The position numbers were made by a program, and so were the translations under genes. Under the pieces are notes generated by a model. That model had not been told where the DNA came from, did not search any database, and saw only the letters and a list, made by a program, of their open reading frames with translations. A stretch of 64,000 nt of DNA from an uncultured virus (IMG/VR IMGVR_UViG_3300002231_000068) (lineage: Duplodnaviria; Heunggongvirae; Uroviricota; Caudoviricetes). Positions 30,251 to 40,298 of the stretch are shown here, piece after piece (the stretch's first letter is position 1; the number at the start of each line of letters is the position of its first letter). The stretch lies in IMG/VR virus record IMGVR_UViG_3300002231_000068; one strand, given 5' to 3'.

Positions 30251-30300
30251 ATGATTCTAATATAAGTTAAATATATAAGGCTTACTATTGCCATTTTAAT

Positions 30301-31161
30301 ATGGATTTAATGGATGGTAGAATAGTATGGGCTATTTGTTTAATGATAGGTGTGGTGTTATTGATTGGATGGATTGATGACGTATATGGTGATAAATTAG
30401 AGGTCATGGGGATAGCTCATAAAGATAATCCTATGGTTTGTATAATGGAACCAGAACCAATAATGCAATTTAGATTTTATAATAATGACCTTGAACTTAC
30501 TAATCAAGCAATAGATGAATGGTCTAATGAAATGTTTAACTACACTAATGGTTTAAAATTTCATAGTGCTACTGGATGGGTTATAGAAAAACAAGTAGTT
30601 CTTTTTCCAGACCACTACAATAAACTTGTTACTGATTTTCCACAATGTAATATTTTTATAGAATTTGACACACATAATATGGGTCAACATATTCCCAATC
30701 AAAAAGCATTAGGTTATACTCAAATTGATTTCTCTAAATCAAAACATCAGTGGGCATTTATTATGATTTATCTTGAGTCTATAGAAGTAGGTCAAAAATT
30801 TAGTTTTTGTATAGGATGTGAAGACGAAACCCCAAAAACAATAGATATTGATATGACACCAAAACCTATAATGAATGATGCACTGTTAAATATTATTAAA
30901 CATGAGTTAGGTCATGCTCTTGGTGTGGGTCATTACATTCAAGATACTGTAGGAGGTAAACTTGAGTCATTAATGTACCCACAAATAGACCCCTTTAAAG
31001 AATACCCAGACATAGGTATTCCAATAGCAGATAGAGAGGCAATGAGAATCATTTATGGAGATGATGGATTTGGAGGAATTCAGGGTCTTACCAAAGATGA
31101 TTTAAGCGTATTTGAACTACTCGATGGTATTTTAAACCTAATTAACGAGAAATTATATTAG
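30301..31161 (+). CDS. Secreted or membrane-anchored matrixin (M10-like) zinc metallopeptidase
   Basis: HELGHALGVGH (HExxHxxGxxH), Met-turn SLMYP, N-terminal hydrophobic signal. Confidence 0.85.
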   Translation: MDLMDGRIVWAICLMIGVVLLIGWIDDVYGDKLEVMGIAHKDNPMVCIMEPEPIMQFRFYNNDLELTNQAIDEWSNEMFNYTNGLKFHSATGWVIEKQVVLFPDHYNKLVTDFPQCNIFIEFDTHNMGQHIPNQKALGYTQIDFSKSKHQWAFIMIYLESIEVGQKFSFCIGCEDETPKTIDIDMTPKPIMNDALLNIIKHELGHALGVGHYIQDTVGGKLESLMYPQIDPFKEYPDIGIPIADREAMRIIYGDDGFGGIQGLTKDDLSVFELLDGILNLINEKLY

Positions 31162-31198
31162 CAGAAAACCTTATATATTAAATAAAAAAACCATATAT

Positions 31199-31441
31199 AT
31201 GGCTAGACGCAAGATTGGAAACTCACACACTACAATATGTATAAAGTGGGAAGACAAAGAAACATTCAGAAAATTCGCTAAGTTTGTAAAAAAGACAAAG
31301 ACTGGTGATCTATATGAAAGTGACTCAGCTTTGTTTACTAGAATTCTAACCCATTATTCAGAAGCTGAATCACCTCAAGGAGATGCTCATTCGACTTATC
31401 CTTCACGACCTACTTCTCAAGAACATGACCAGCAAGGTTAA
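31199..31441 (+). CDS. Small basic putative DNA-binding regulator
   Basis: TTICIK strand followed by two helices (RHH-like); own TATA box. Confidence 0.45.
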   Translation: MARRKIGNSHTTICIKWEDKETFRKFAKFVKKTKTGDLYESDSALFTRILTHYSEAESPQGDAHSTYPSRPTSQEHDQQG

Positions 31442-31862
31442 AATCCCTGCTAATCCATTTTAATTTTATTCTATGATTCATTCTTCTTGCACATTTTAAA
31501 TATAATGGTCTTAATGTTTCTGTTGTTACTCTCCAGTCTCCATTTATCTGATTAACCACCAGTTTTGAATCACTATATATTATAACATCTTTTTTTGAAT
31601 ATCTATTTTCAATATATCTTAGAGCATATTCTAGAGCCAAATATTCTAATTCATTATTTGTTAAGCCAGCACCTCTGGTTTTAACTATAGTAAAATCTTG
31701 CTCTTTATCTACTAAACATATTCTAGAACCTCTAGTACCACCATCAATGTAGATCTTACTCAACACTTTCTGATTTCTTTTTCTCCGTATATAGTTTTCT
31801 ACACATTTGAGAGCAATATATACGCTGTCTACCCTTATACCTCCATGGTAAGGTAGTGCCAC
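31410..31862 (-). CDS. Ribonuclease HI-like protein (true start probably downstream of 31862)
   Basis: IYIDGG, TNNELEYLAL, YSDSKLVVNQINGDW, WISRDFNLA. Confidence 0.85.
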   Translation of the reverse strand: MALPYHGGIRVDSVYIALKCVENYIRRKRNQKVLSKIYIDGGTRGSRICLVDKEQDFTIVKTRGAGLTNNELEYLALEYALRYIENRYSKKDVIIYSDSKLVVNQINGDWRVTTETLRPLYLKCARRMNHRIKLKWISRDFNLAGHVLEK

Positions 31863-31927
31863 ATTCTATACAATAATGAGTATCATCACGTCTCATATGT
31901 TAGTTTTATAAATCTATTATAAAAGGG

Positions 31928-33232
31928 TTACTGTTTGGCTTCTGCGTTCTTTTTAGCTTTATCTTCTTTGACATCTGAGTAAACAAAATTTGCCATACCC
32001 TGTGAAGATGTAGTTGCAGCTGCGTCTTTATCTACGGTGTCTCTGTCTACGTGTGGGTGTACGTGTTCAGTTCCATCGTGATGTTTTTCTATATTTATTG
32101 ATTTAATTGTTTCATTTATTACTTCTATTGCTAAGTCTAATGATGATTTCTTTTGTTCTTTCTCCCATTTTTTATAGCCTGTTTCTATCTCTTTTTCTTT
32201 ACCGTCTGCACCTTCAATAGTTGTAGTTGATTCTCCACTATTATCTTGACCACCTTGTGGTAAGTCTCCTAGTTTTTCGTCTGGTATTTTAGCACCAGTT
32301 CTTGTTTTATTTGACTCTAGATATTCTTTAGCAGATGCGTCTGTTGATGTACTACCACCAGTCTTACCATCTTTAGAGAATTTTTGAGCACCCTCTTCTA
32401 TCTCTTTGAGATATCCAGCTGAATGTGCTTTGGCTATATCACTTTTTATTTTAAGTAATTTACATTTGTTAATTGCTAACTCTAATGATTTCTTTGAGGC
32501 AAGTATTTTCTTTTGTTCAGCTTCTGTTGTAGGTGTTATTTTTGGGATTTTGTTTTTTGGTGAACCCTTACCTTCTGGTACTGGGTTGTTATGTTCTGGG
32601 CTTCTTTTGTCAGTGTCTGGTTTACCACTCACTTCTGGTTTTTTATCTCTGTTTGGGTTTTTAACTCCACCACCAGAAGTTCCTACATATTTTGATGTCT
32701 TTGGTGAATCATCTGATACTGTTAATTTTTTTGTGTTACCAGCTTCTGATAAAACTTCTTTACCACTTTCATCTCTTACGGTGTTTGATTCATAACTAGA
32801 TGGTTTTGTTCTACTACCATGTCCTTTTGAACCACTTGTTGTAGGTTTACCTTCTGCTGTAAATGCTCCACTACCAGTACCAGTTCCACTGTCATGTGTT
32901 TGGTCTTGTGCTGGTACTCTTTTACTTGTTTTTGGATTAGTTATATTTGCACTTGGTTTACCTGATGGTGCTTTAGTACCACTGACTTTTCTACCAGCTG
33001 CTACACCTTGGTCACCTCTTGATGCATGTCTAGTTGCATGACCACCACCAAATGATGTGGTAGTATCAATTTTTGATTGATCAGTTGCACTTGAAGCATC
33101 TTCATGTTGTATATTAATACCAGTGCTACTTTCTGGTGTATTACCAGATGCTTGACGTGGTATTTCTTTTTCTTTACGAACGTATTTTAATCCCCATGTA
33201 TTGAGGCTGATTTCTGGTTCGCCAACTGCCAT
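31928..33232 (-). CDS. Low-complexity G/S/T/K-rich protein, candidate internal head protein
   Basis: Largely disordered composition with short KKSL/KKSSL helical motifs. Confidence 0.55.
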   Translation of the reverse strand: MAVGEPEISLNTWGLKYVRKEKEIPRQASGNTPESSTGINIQHEDASSATDQSKIDTTTSFGGGHATRHASRGDQGVAAGRKVSGTKAPSGKPSANITNPKTSKRVPAQDQTHDSGTGTGSGAFTAEGKPTTSGSKGHGSRTKPSSYESNTVRDESGKEVLSEAGNTKKLTVSDDSPKTSKYVGTSGGGVKNPNRDKKPEVSGKPDTDKRSPEHNNPVPEGKGSPKNKIPKITPTTEAEQKKILASKKSLELAINKCKLLKIKSDIAKAHSAGYLKEIEEGAQKFSKDGKTGGSTSTDASAKEYLESNKTRTGAKIPDEKLGDLPQGGQDNSGESTTTIEGADGKEKEIETGYKKWEKEQKKSSLDLAIEVINETIKSINIEKHHDGTEHVHPHVDRDTVDKDAAATTSSQGMANFVYSDVKEDKAKKNAEAKQ

Positions 33233-33301
33233 TTTTAAATCTTATCCTTTACTTGGTTTGTTGCTCTACCGTCAGTATCTTTATTTTCTGTATTAGTTTC
33301 A

Positions 33302-34531
33302 TTATTTATTTGTTTGACTGTTAACTCTATCTGCTGGTTTATCGTCTACNCTTATGTCTTTTTTCTTTTTTTCTTTACCTACTTTTGGTTTCTTTTCTTC
33401 ATGTTTAAATTGCTCTGGTCTTACACCTGAGTGTGAAAATCCTTCATAGTCTGCTGGTGCGTCAAAGTTTGTGTTAGTATTTACTCCAGCTGTAGGATTT
33501 CTAGCTGCNTTACCATGTACTGAGTTTTCTACGCTTGATTTTACTTCTGCTATTAATTCTTCTATTGATTTTTTTGTGTTACCAGCAGTCGGTTTCCAAT
33601 TAGCTGCAAAAGCAGCTTGTTCTTCTTCTTCTTTTTGACTCAATGGTTCATTATCTGCCAAATCAAATTCATCTTTATAAGCACCTTGTGTTTCTTCTAC
33701 GTTTTTACCTTTCAAAACTTGTTCTTGTCGTGTTTCTAGCCACTTACTCCATGATGCTTCTTTTGATTGTGATTCTTTAAAGTATTTCATCCATGTGTCT
33801 CCAGCCTCTTTACCACTGTCTCCTTTACCACCTCTAGCTTCTCCTTTTTGTTCTTCTGTTGATGGCTCTCTTTCTTCAGTTCCATGTTGCCTTGTTGTAA
33901 TATTTTTACCCTGTCCTATGTTTGGGTTTTCTTTTTGGTCTTTAATATGTTGAGTCTCTTTAAATCCACCAGAAATTCTTTTTGCAGTAATATCACCAGC
34001 AACTTCACCTTCTTCTAACTTTGGTTTTGAGTTTATATCTCCACTTGATGCTTTCTCTGTGTCTTCTGCTTTCAATGATTGTTTTCCAAAGTTGTTATCG
34101 ATTTCTTCTGGGTCTGTTTTTTGTTGATCAAAAGTTCTTGCTGTTACGTTTTCATCATTTGGTTCGTTTTTAAAACTTACTTGATTACTATTATTTTTTT
34201 GAAGAAGTTCTTTAATATCTTTTGGTAATTCCTCCCAAGTTTTTTGTAAGTATCTTGGTGAAGGTGCATGTATTTTTACTAGCATATCATATCTTTCTTG
34301 GTCTGAACAATCGTTCCATTGTTTGTTTACCATAATATCTTTTATGAAAAAGGTATCATTTATATGAATATCTTCATAATTTTGAGTTGATTCTTTGAAT
34401 ACTGTTACATATTCATTGCTCATTTTAACTACTATACCACGGTCTTCATTACCATTAATGTAAAAATGTATATCATCTCCGACTCTGGTATTTTTTATCT
34501 TATTCTGGGTCATTTTCCTTACTCTTTCCAT
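33302..34531 (-). CDS. Hypothetical protein with folded N-terminus and charged disordered C-terminus
   Basis: 409-aa ORF downstream of the terminase. Confidence 0.55.
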   Translation of the reverse strand: MERVRKMTQNKIKNTRVGDDIHFYINGNEDRGIVVKMSNEYVTVFKESTQNYEDIHINDTFFIKDIMVNKQWNDCSDQERYDMLVKIHAPSPRYLQKTWEELPKDIKELLQKNNSNQVSFKNEPNDENVTARTFDQQKTDPEEIDNNFGKQSLKAEDTEKASSGDINSKPKLEEGEVAGDITAKRISGGFKETQHIKDQKENPNIGQGKNITTRQHGTEEREPSTEEQKGEARGGKGDSGKEAGDTWMKYFKESQSKEASWSKWLETRQEQVLKGKNVEETQGAYKDEFDLADNEPLSQKEEEEQAAFAANWKPTAGNTKKSIEELIAEVKSSVENSVHGXAARNPTAGVNTNTNFDAPADYEGFSHSGVRPEQFKHEEKKPKVGKEKKKKDIXVDDKPADRVNSQTNK

Positions 34532-34784
34532 CGTTATTGTCTATATAAGTTTGACTATTTACAGGTTTATCCCAATCTTTTTCAGTTCCAGACTCATGAG
34601 GATTGCCTAAACTTGCATCTCCAGCACCTTGACCTACTGTTGTTTGACCAGTTTTACGTCTTTCTAGCCATGATTTCCATAAGTCGCTAGGCATAGATGC
34701 GTCTTTATATTCAGGTTCTTTTTTAATTTCATCCTTTATCTCAGGCACTTGGTCTTCTAATACTGAAGGTTTCTCTTCGGTCAT
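34500..34784 (-). CDS. Small charged protein
   Basis: Late-type TATA AAAACTTTAAATA upstream; WKSWLE motif resembles WSKWLE in the next ORF. Confidence 0.55.
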   Translation of the reverse strand: MTEEKPSVLEDQVPEIKDEIKKEPEYKDASMPSDLWKSWLERRKTGQTTVGQGAGDASLGNPHESGTEKDWDKPVNSQTYIDNNDGKSKENDPE

Positions 34785-34839
34785 ATAATTGTTAAACCGT
34801 TACAATATTTAAAGTTTTTAGTTAAAATTGATCAAAATC

Positions 34840-36228
34840 TCACCCAAACAGTGATTTTTGAAGGTTTTTACCTATATCAAGGACATGCCATTGATTTCCA
34901 CCAGCAACTGCTTTACATGCTAACACTAAACTATCTGGATAGTCATCGTGTTCTTCAGATTTTACTTTCATTATTCCACCCTCAGTATATTCTCTAGTAA
35001 GATATGATAATTGATATATTAATTTATCAACATTTTTTAATGATATCTTATGGTTTTCAAACAACAATCTAAGATTCTTATACATACTAGCCTTTTCTTG
35101 TAGAGAAAATATAACACCCCTTGCTGGTATATCTTGTTCACGTGCCAAGTCTATTAGACCACCACCTAACCCAGTTTCATCTATGAATACAGTTTCTAAT
35201 CTATAATCCCTAACCATCTCACCTATCTTACCACACACATCTACTACATTTGATTGTGATTCTGCTAGTGTTTCATGAACAAATACATGGTCATCCTCAT
35301 CAACAGATACTACAGTGAAAACAGTTTCATCTCTACCTGAACGTGCTACATCCACGCCCATGTAATATTGAACTCTACCTTTAGGATTTTTATCATTAAC
35401 AGCTTCTCTTAATAATGAGTGAGGTATTAATGCATTACCTATATCCAAGAACTCTCCCTCGACTTCTTGTACATATTCTTCACGTGTTAAACGTTTAATT
35501 TCATCTAAAAAGGTAGGGTCTTCTGCTACTAAAGGGTTATCTGTAGACCTTACATGAAACTCTGTCCATAAATTTTTTGGGTCTTTCAGTTTACTATTTT
35601 GACACGCCTCATAAAAATAACCAGATTTACTAAACGGTGTTGATGTTAACCATACCCTAGCCTGAGTAGCCATACCAGAAGGTAAGAATGCTTTAAGAAT
35701 ATCAGTCTTAATGAAAGAACATTCGTCTGCTATAATACAGTGAGGTGAATAACCCCTAAGTGTAGTACCGTGTTCACCAGTAGCCCTTGTTACTATCTTA
35801 CTCATACCAGTATTATCTAAGAAATTTACCCACATTTCTGTCTGTGTATTTCTTACAACATATTGCTTTAAGAATTCATTTCTTATTATTAATGATCTAA
35901 TTCTATCGAACATAATTCCAGCCTGATTTTGTGTAGGTGCAGCTATTACTATAGTACATTCATGTTTTACAGTCTTTAACATTAAAGGTGCAAAAAATGC
36001 AAAATGTATAGCCTTCACTGCTGTTGACATAGTTTTACCTACCTGTCTACCTGAACGATACACTATGAATCTATCTTGACAGTCAACATATTTCTTATTA
36101 TAATCAAACACATCATGGTCTAGGAAAATCTTACTGAACATTGATGGACTGTCAGCGCAGTCTGCTATAGTCTGCAATAGATTTTCTCTATCTTTTATGA
36201 CATCAGCTTCTGGTCTAGGCAAATTCAC
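34840..36228 (-). CDS. terL: Terminase large subunit
   Basis: Walker A SGRQVGKT, Walker B IIADE, STP, nuclease motifs GVDVARSGRDETV and HDDYPDSL. Confidence 0.95.
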   Translation of the reverse strand: MNLPRPEADVIKDRENLLQTIADCADSPSMFSKIFLDHDVFDYNKKYVDCQDRFIVYRSGRQVGKTMSTAVKAIHFAFFAPLMLKTVKHECTIVIAAPTQNQAGIMFDRIRSLIIRNEFLKQYVVRNTQTEMWVNFLDNTGMSKIVTRATGEHGTTLRGYSPHCIIADECSFIKTDILKAFLPSGMATQARVWLTSTPFSKSGYFYEACQNSKLKDPKNLWTEFHVRSTDNPLVAEDPTFLDEIKRLTREEYVQEVEGEFLDIGNALIPHSLLREAVNDKNPKGRVQYYMGVDVARSGRDETVFTVVSVDEDDHVFVHETLAESQSNVVDVCGKIGEMVRDYRLETVFIDETGLGGGLIDLAREQDIPARGVIFSLQEKASMYKNLRLLFENHKISLKNVDKLIYQLSYLTREYTEGGIMKVKSEEHDDYPDSLVLACKAVAGGNQWHVLDIGKNLQKSLFG

Positions 36229-36911
36229 CCCTACCCATAGTTTTATTTTGTGTTGCGTTTATATCTTGATTACCAAATTCCCATATCTCACCAGTAGCAT
36301 TAATTATAACTGTAAATATTTTTTCTATTTCAGATCCATAATCAGTGACTAACCAGATTCTACCTTTACCTTTAGGTGTCTCCACTTCTATTTCTTGCCT
36401 CGGTTCATATATAATCAAGATGTATTACCTCCCCTAGAATGACAATGACATTTACATTCGGTCATCATTTCTATAACCTCATCGTCACAATGTCCACAAT
36501 ATATACAACATCCATTATTCATACTTTCTCCCCTCATACTCTTCTTCAGGCACCCAAACCCATTTACCTTCTGCGTCTGGTCTATATTTTGCCTTCTTTT
36601 TATTATGAAGTACAAGCCTTAAAATCTGCATTTTGTTAGCCATTGTGTAGATAAGTCTAGTTTTCTCTCTCGATTTTTTTGGCATAGTTCTTATCTTTTT
36701 ATCTAGTTGTTCTATCTCTTTTGTTAGTTCATTTTCATCTGGTAATTCCCACTCAGGTTCCTCCCAAATTCCTTTAATAAGGTCTCCTAATCCCATCTAC
36801 CATCACCCTGTTTTTTTCTAGATTTTCTCCATAGTGGTATATAATAACCTATTGTTATACCACCAGCAAAATACAGCATACATACTACTGTAAAGAATAA
36901 ATCACCTATCA

Positions 36912-37430
36912 TTAGTCTCCACTCCTTTGTGCCTTTATCTGTTTAAATATAGACGTTATGTCTCCAGTCTTATCATTTGTTTCAGACTTTTCAGTAATAA
37001 CTATCTTAGTGTTTAGATCATTGATTGATTTAACTATGGCAAGTAAGGTATTTATCTCAGACTTTGTGTTTCTGTCTGGTATATTTCCATCCATTNTTGC
37101 TTGCGTTAATGCCATCAATACATTTTCAAACGATATTTTTGCTATCATATCTAACATTGATTTTATATCATCTGGGTTTCTGGTATCTATTTGATTTATT
37201 ATCTTAACAAAATCATCTCGAATAGAACATATAGCTCCCTTTTCATACTTAGGGCACTTACCATTTCCACCAGTATCTACAGACCTATAAATACACTGGT
37301 CACAATATGCTGGTATGTTAGCATCTTTGAAATGTTTGGTTGAGTTATATGGTGATATAATTTTTCTTTTATCTGTTGATACCACATTTTTACCATCTAT
37401 TGCTTTTATCTTAAACAAACCGTCAGCCAT
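36912..37430 (-). CDS. Hypothetical protein, possible terminase small subunit
   Basis: Upstream of terL; Cys-rich N-terminus plus helical hairpin; positional inference only. Confidence 0.35.
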   Translation of the reverse strand: MADGLFKIKAIDGKNVVSTDKRKIISPYNSTKHFKDANIPAYCDQCIYRSVDTGGNGKCPKYEKGAICSIRDDFVKIINQIDTRNPDDIKSMLDMIAKISFENVLMALTQAXMDGNIPDRNTKSEINTLLAIVKSINDLNTKIVITEKSETNDKTGDITSIFKQIKAQRSGD

Positions 37431-37574
37431 TATTTACCACCTTTCTTTTTTAATTTAGATAGTTCATCTCTTAATATGTCATTTTCTTGACGTAGTTGCC
37501 TTACAATATTCTCTAAGCCACTGACATACTCTTCTATCTTTCCTAATAGACTCATATTATATATAACAATTATC

Positions 37575-38333
37575 CTAGTTTATAAAGTTATCTGAGTAAC
37601 ACTTTAAATGCTTTAAAAGAGGCATGTAGTATAATGCTATAGGTAATTTTAGCATTGTGTAGTAGTGTCTAACCTTTACTCCATGTAGATTGATACCTAT
37701 TTTCTCCATATTATCCTTATACTCTTCACAATAATGTTCTAACACTGGTTCAAACGAACTGTTTTCACCAAACGTCATGGGTATTTTTGTTGAATTATAC
37801 CATATGTCACACTTCTTTGACATAGCTGCTGATATCCATAAGCTTGTGTCAACACTATCAAATATTCCTTTATCAATATATTTTCCTTTACCCATACCAT
37901 GATATTTATTATTGGTAGGAATTTTTTTCAGTGAATCTTCAGTGTCAAATCTACCTTTCATTTTACCGACTGCTATGTGTGAACCTACTGGTAAATTCAA
38001 TAAACTAAGGTGTTTTACATAGTCTTCTTGTAAAATAGGTAGGGTATCTAGACCCAATTCATTAGCTTTATTCCAATAAACCATTGTTTCATTCATATTA
38101 TTAGGCACCGAGTATTGTGTAGCATATTTATAATTACCTTTTTCTGTCTTCAAGAACTCATAATATTTTTCTGGGTCATCATTAGTTCCAGCAGTTAAAA
38201 ATATATTATCAAAACACTTTGTAAATGTTGATATGTTATGAGAGTATTTGTGAGAAACAAGAACATTTCTTACACCACATTTTTGTAATGCATCTAATGT
38301 TGCTTTATTATTAGCGTGAAAATATATTTTCAA
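37575..38333 (-). CDS. tRNA-guanine transglycosylase (TGT/DpdA)-like TIM-barrel protein
   Basis: KIYF, NVLVSH, LPIL, IAVG, YHGMG and FDSVDTSLW motifs in the order seen in phage TGT-like proteins. Confidence 0.55.
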   Translation of the reverse strand: MKIYFHANNKATLDALQKCGVRNVLVSHKYSHNISTFTKCFDNIFLTAGTNDDPEKYYEFLKTEKGNYKYATQYSVPNNMNETMVYWNKANELGLDTLPILQEDYVKHLSLLNLPVGSHIAVGKMKGRFDTEDSLKKIPTNNKYHGMGKGKYIDKGIFDSVDTSLWISAAMSKKCDIWYNSTKIPMTFGENSSFEPVLEHYCEEYKDNMEKIGINLHGVKVRHYYTMLKLPIALYYMPLLKHLKCYSDNFIN

Positions 38334-38638
38334 AATTTAGCCTGACATCCTTTACATGTACTATAACCCTTACTGTGTCCGTCATTCTTACCCCAAGTCC
38401 ACACGAACCCTGCTTTCTTTTTACATTTTAGGACAGGCTTCTATAGGATAATTTCCACTACCCCAATCAGCCATTATTTTTTCCTCTTAATCCAATCCCA
38501 CTCAGGTCTTTCCTCTTCATCATCGCCATTCATTCTCCCACCAACTTGTGACATAAACATTCACATCTAATAGGAGAGTTTTTTTGATTAGGTCTACAAT
38601 CAACGTGGTCATGCCTTATGCATTCTGGTGAAATATAC

Positions 38639-39412
38639 TTAATCCGATTCTCCATCCCAATGGCTCCTATTGTCAACAAAACATTTCGTTGCATAAGGGC
38701 ACATACCATCACATAAGAAACATTTTGTTCTTTCAGGTAATGTTTTTTCTATTAGAGACTCTTTAATTTTCTTAGATTTTTCAATCATATCCATTAAAGT
38801 CTCTTCAGGGTTTGCTAGTTTGAATGATAATATTGCTGGTTTATCTCTAGAATCTTTTTCAATTCTGTTTGATATGTAAACAACACACCCAAATTCTGCG
38901 TCTATATCATAGCATTTTTTCAATAGAACTCTATATCTATTTATTTGATCTTTGTGAGAATCACTTGCTGTAGAACGTGCTTTACTGAAATAGTCTATAC
39001 TACCAGTTGTTTTTTTATCACAAATAACCCACTTATCACCCACTTTTATTAGGTCATCTATGCTACCATAAATAATATCTAATTGTCTAGGGTCGTCTTC
39101 TGGGATTGCTTTAGCCTCTTTATACGTTAGTCCTTCGTCTCTTACATAATCATATGCAAGAAATTTCTCATGGTGTTCTGGCGTTGCCAGTTGAGAATTA
39201 CTATGTACAATTTGACCAAAGTATAGTGATTTAACATCCTCTGTAGAGAGACCAGTATCTGGTTCAGTTTTTTTATAGATCACATTTCTCATACATGGTT
39301 TAATTATATCTGAAACATGTATGTGACCTAGTCTTTCAGTTCCTAATGCTTCTACTTGAGCACGTCTCCAGTGAAAATAAATCTCGTTATTTACGTCTTC
39401 TAACTTTATCAT
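38639..39412 (-). CDS. Cas4-like PD-(D/E)xK exonuclease with Fe-S cysteines (start revised)
   Basis: IHVSDIIKPC, GQIVH, GSIDD, DKKT, QINRY, CFLCDGMCPYATKC; motif A at 39450. Confidence 0.85.
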   Translation of the reverse strand: MIKLEDVNNEIYFHWRRAQVEALGTERLGHIHVSDIIKPCMRNVIYKKTEPDTGLSTEDVKSLYFGQIVHSNSQLATPEHHEKFLAYDYVRDEGLTYKEAKAIPEDDPRQLDIIYGSIDDLIKVGDKWVICDKKTTGSIDYFSKARSTASDSHKDQINRYRVLLKKCYDIDAEFGCVVYISNRIEKDSRDKPAILSFKLANPEETLMDMIEKSKKIKESLIEKTLPERTKCFLCDGMCPYATKCFVDNRSHWDGESD

Positions 39413-39479
39413 ATTTTTGTTATAATAATCTAATATATAAGACTTACTATGGAACATAAAAAAAAGAAAAAGAGATGGA

Positions 39480-40148
39480 TTATAGTAATCCAAGGACTTC
39501 AGCCATTATTCTAAGTTGTTCTAAGCAAATTGCTTTCCAACTTTCGGCTTGAGTCTTGTAGTCATTTACTTCAGATTGAAGTATGACTTTCTCTGCTTTT
39601 AATGAATCAATTTCTGCTTGTAAAGGAGCAATTTGTTCATTAATTTTGTTTTGTATAGCTGTTGCATATTGCTGTGTTTCTGCTAATACACCCTCTGGTG
39701 TGTCATCTGATGTATATTCTACTGTGGTTGTAGTGGTTTCTACTGGGGTTTCAGTCTCAGTAGTCTCTACAGTTGTTTCAACAGTAGTTGTAGTTACTGT
39801 GGTATCTTCAAGAACCCAAAATTTACCGTAAGTATCGGTAGTTCTATCAAACCATTCATGTTGACCCAGTTCAAAATTACTGAAGTCTAGTATACATCCA
39901 GAAAATACTTCATCTGCATTCCATCCAGCCTGACAGTTATAATAATAACCACCAGAAACTACTGGTTCAATACCCCTCACTCCGTCTACATGACCTGTAA
40001 ATTGTAGAGTATCGGTATTTTTAACATCAATCATTAATGGAAAATCATCACCACTAACAATATGAGTTTCTGCATATGCAGCTCCGTATAATACTGAGCC
40101 CAGAACAAATAGTGCTAAAGCAACTAATGCTATGTTTGTTTTCTGCAT
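39480..40148 (-). CDS. Secreted protein: signal peptide, beta-sandwich, Thr-rich linker, coiled coil
   Basis: Signal ending AAYA; TTVTTTTVETTVETT linker; heptad C-terminus; motif A at 40186. Confidence 0.65.
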   Translation of the reverse strand: MQKTNIALVALALFVLGSVLYGAAYAETHIVSGDDFPLMIDVKNTDTLQFTGHVDGVRGIEPVVSGGYYYNCQAGWNADEVFSGCILDFSNFELGQHEWFDRTTDTYGKFWVLEDTTVTTTTVETTVETTETETPVETTTTTVEYTSDDTPEGVLAETQQYATAIQNKINEQIAPLQAEIDSLKAEKVILQSEVNDYKTQAESWKAICLEQLRIMAEVLGLL

Positions 40149-40298
40149 AAAGTAACTAGCGTAGTCTTATATAAAAGGCTTACTATGAACGTGAGCCACA
40201 TTCACACTTTATACAACCAGTGACCTTATCATGGTCTTTCTGGTGATGTCCACATCCATCGCTATTTTCCACCTACTGTGTTTGTTAAATCAGTCATT

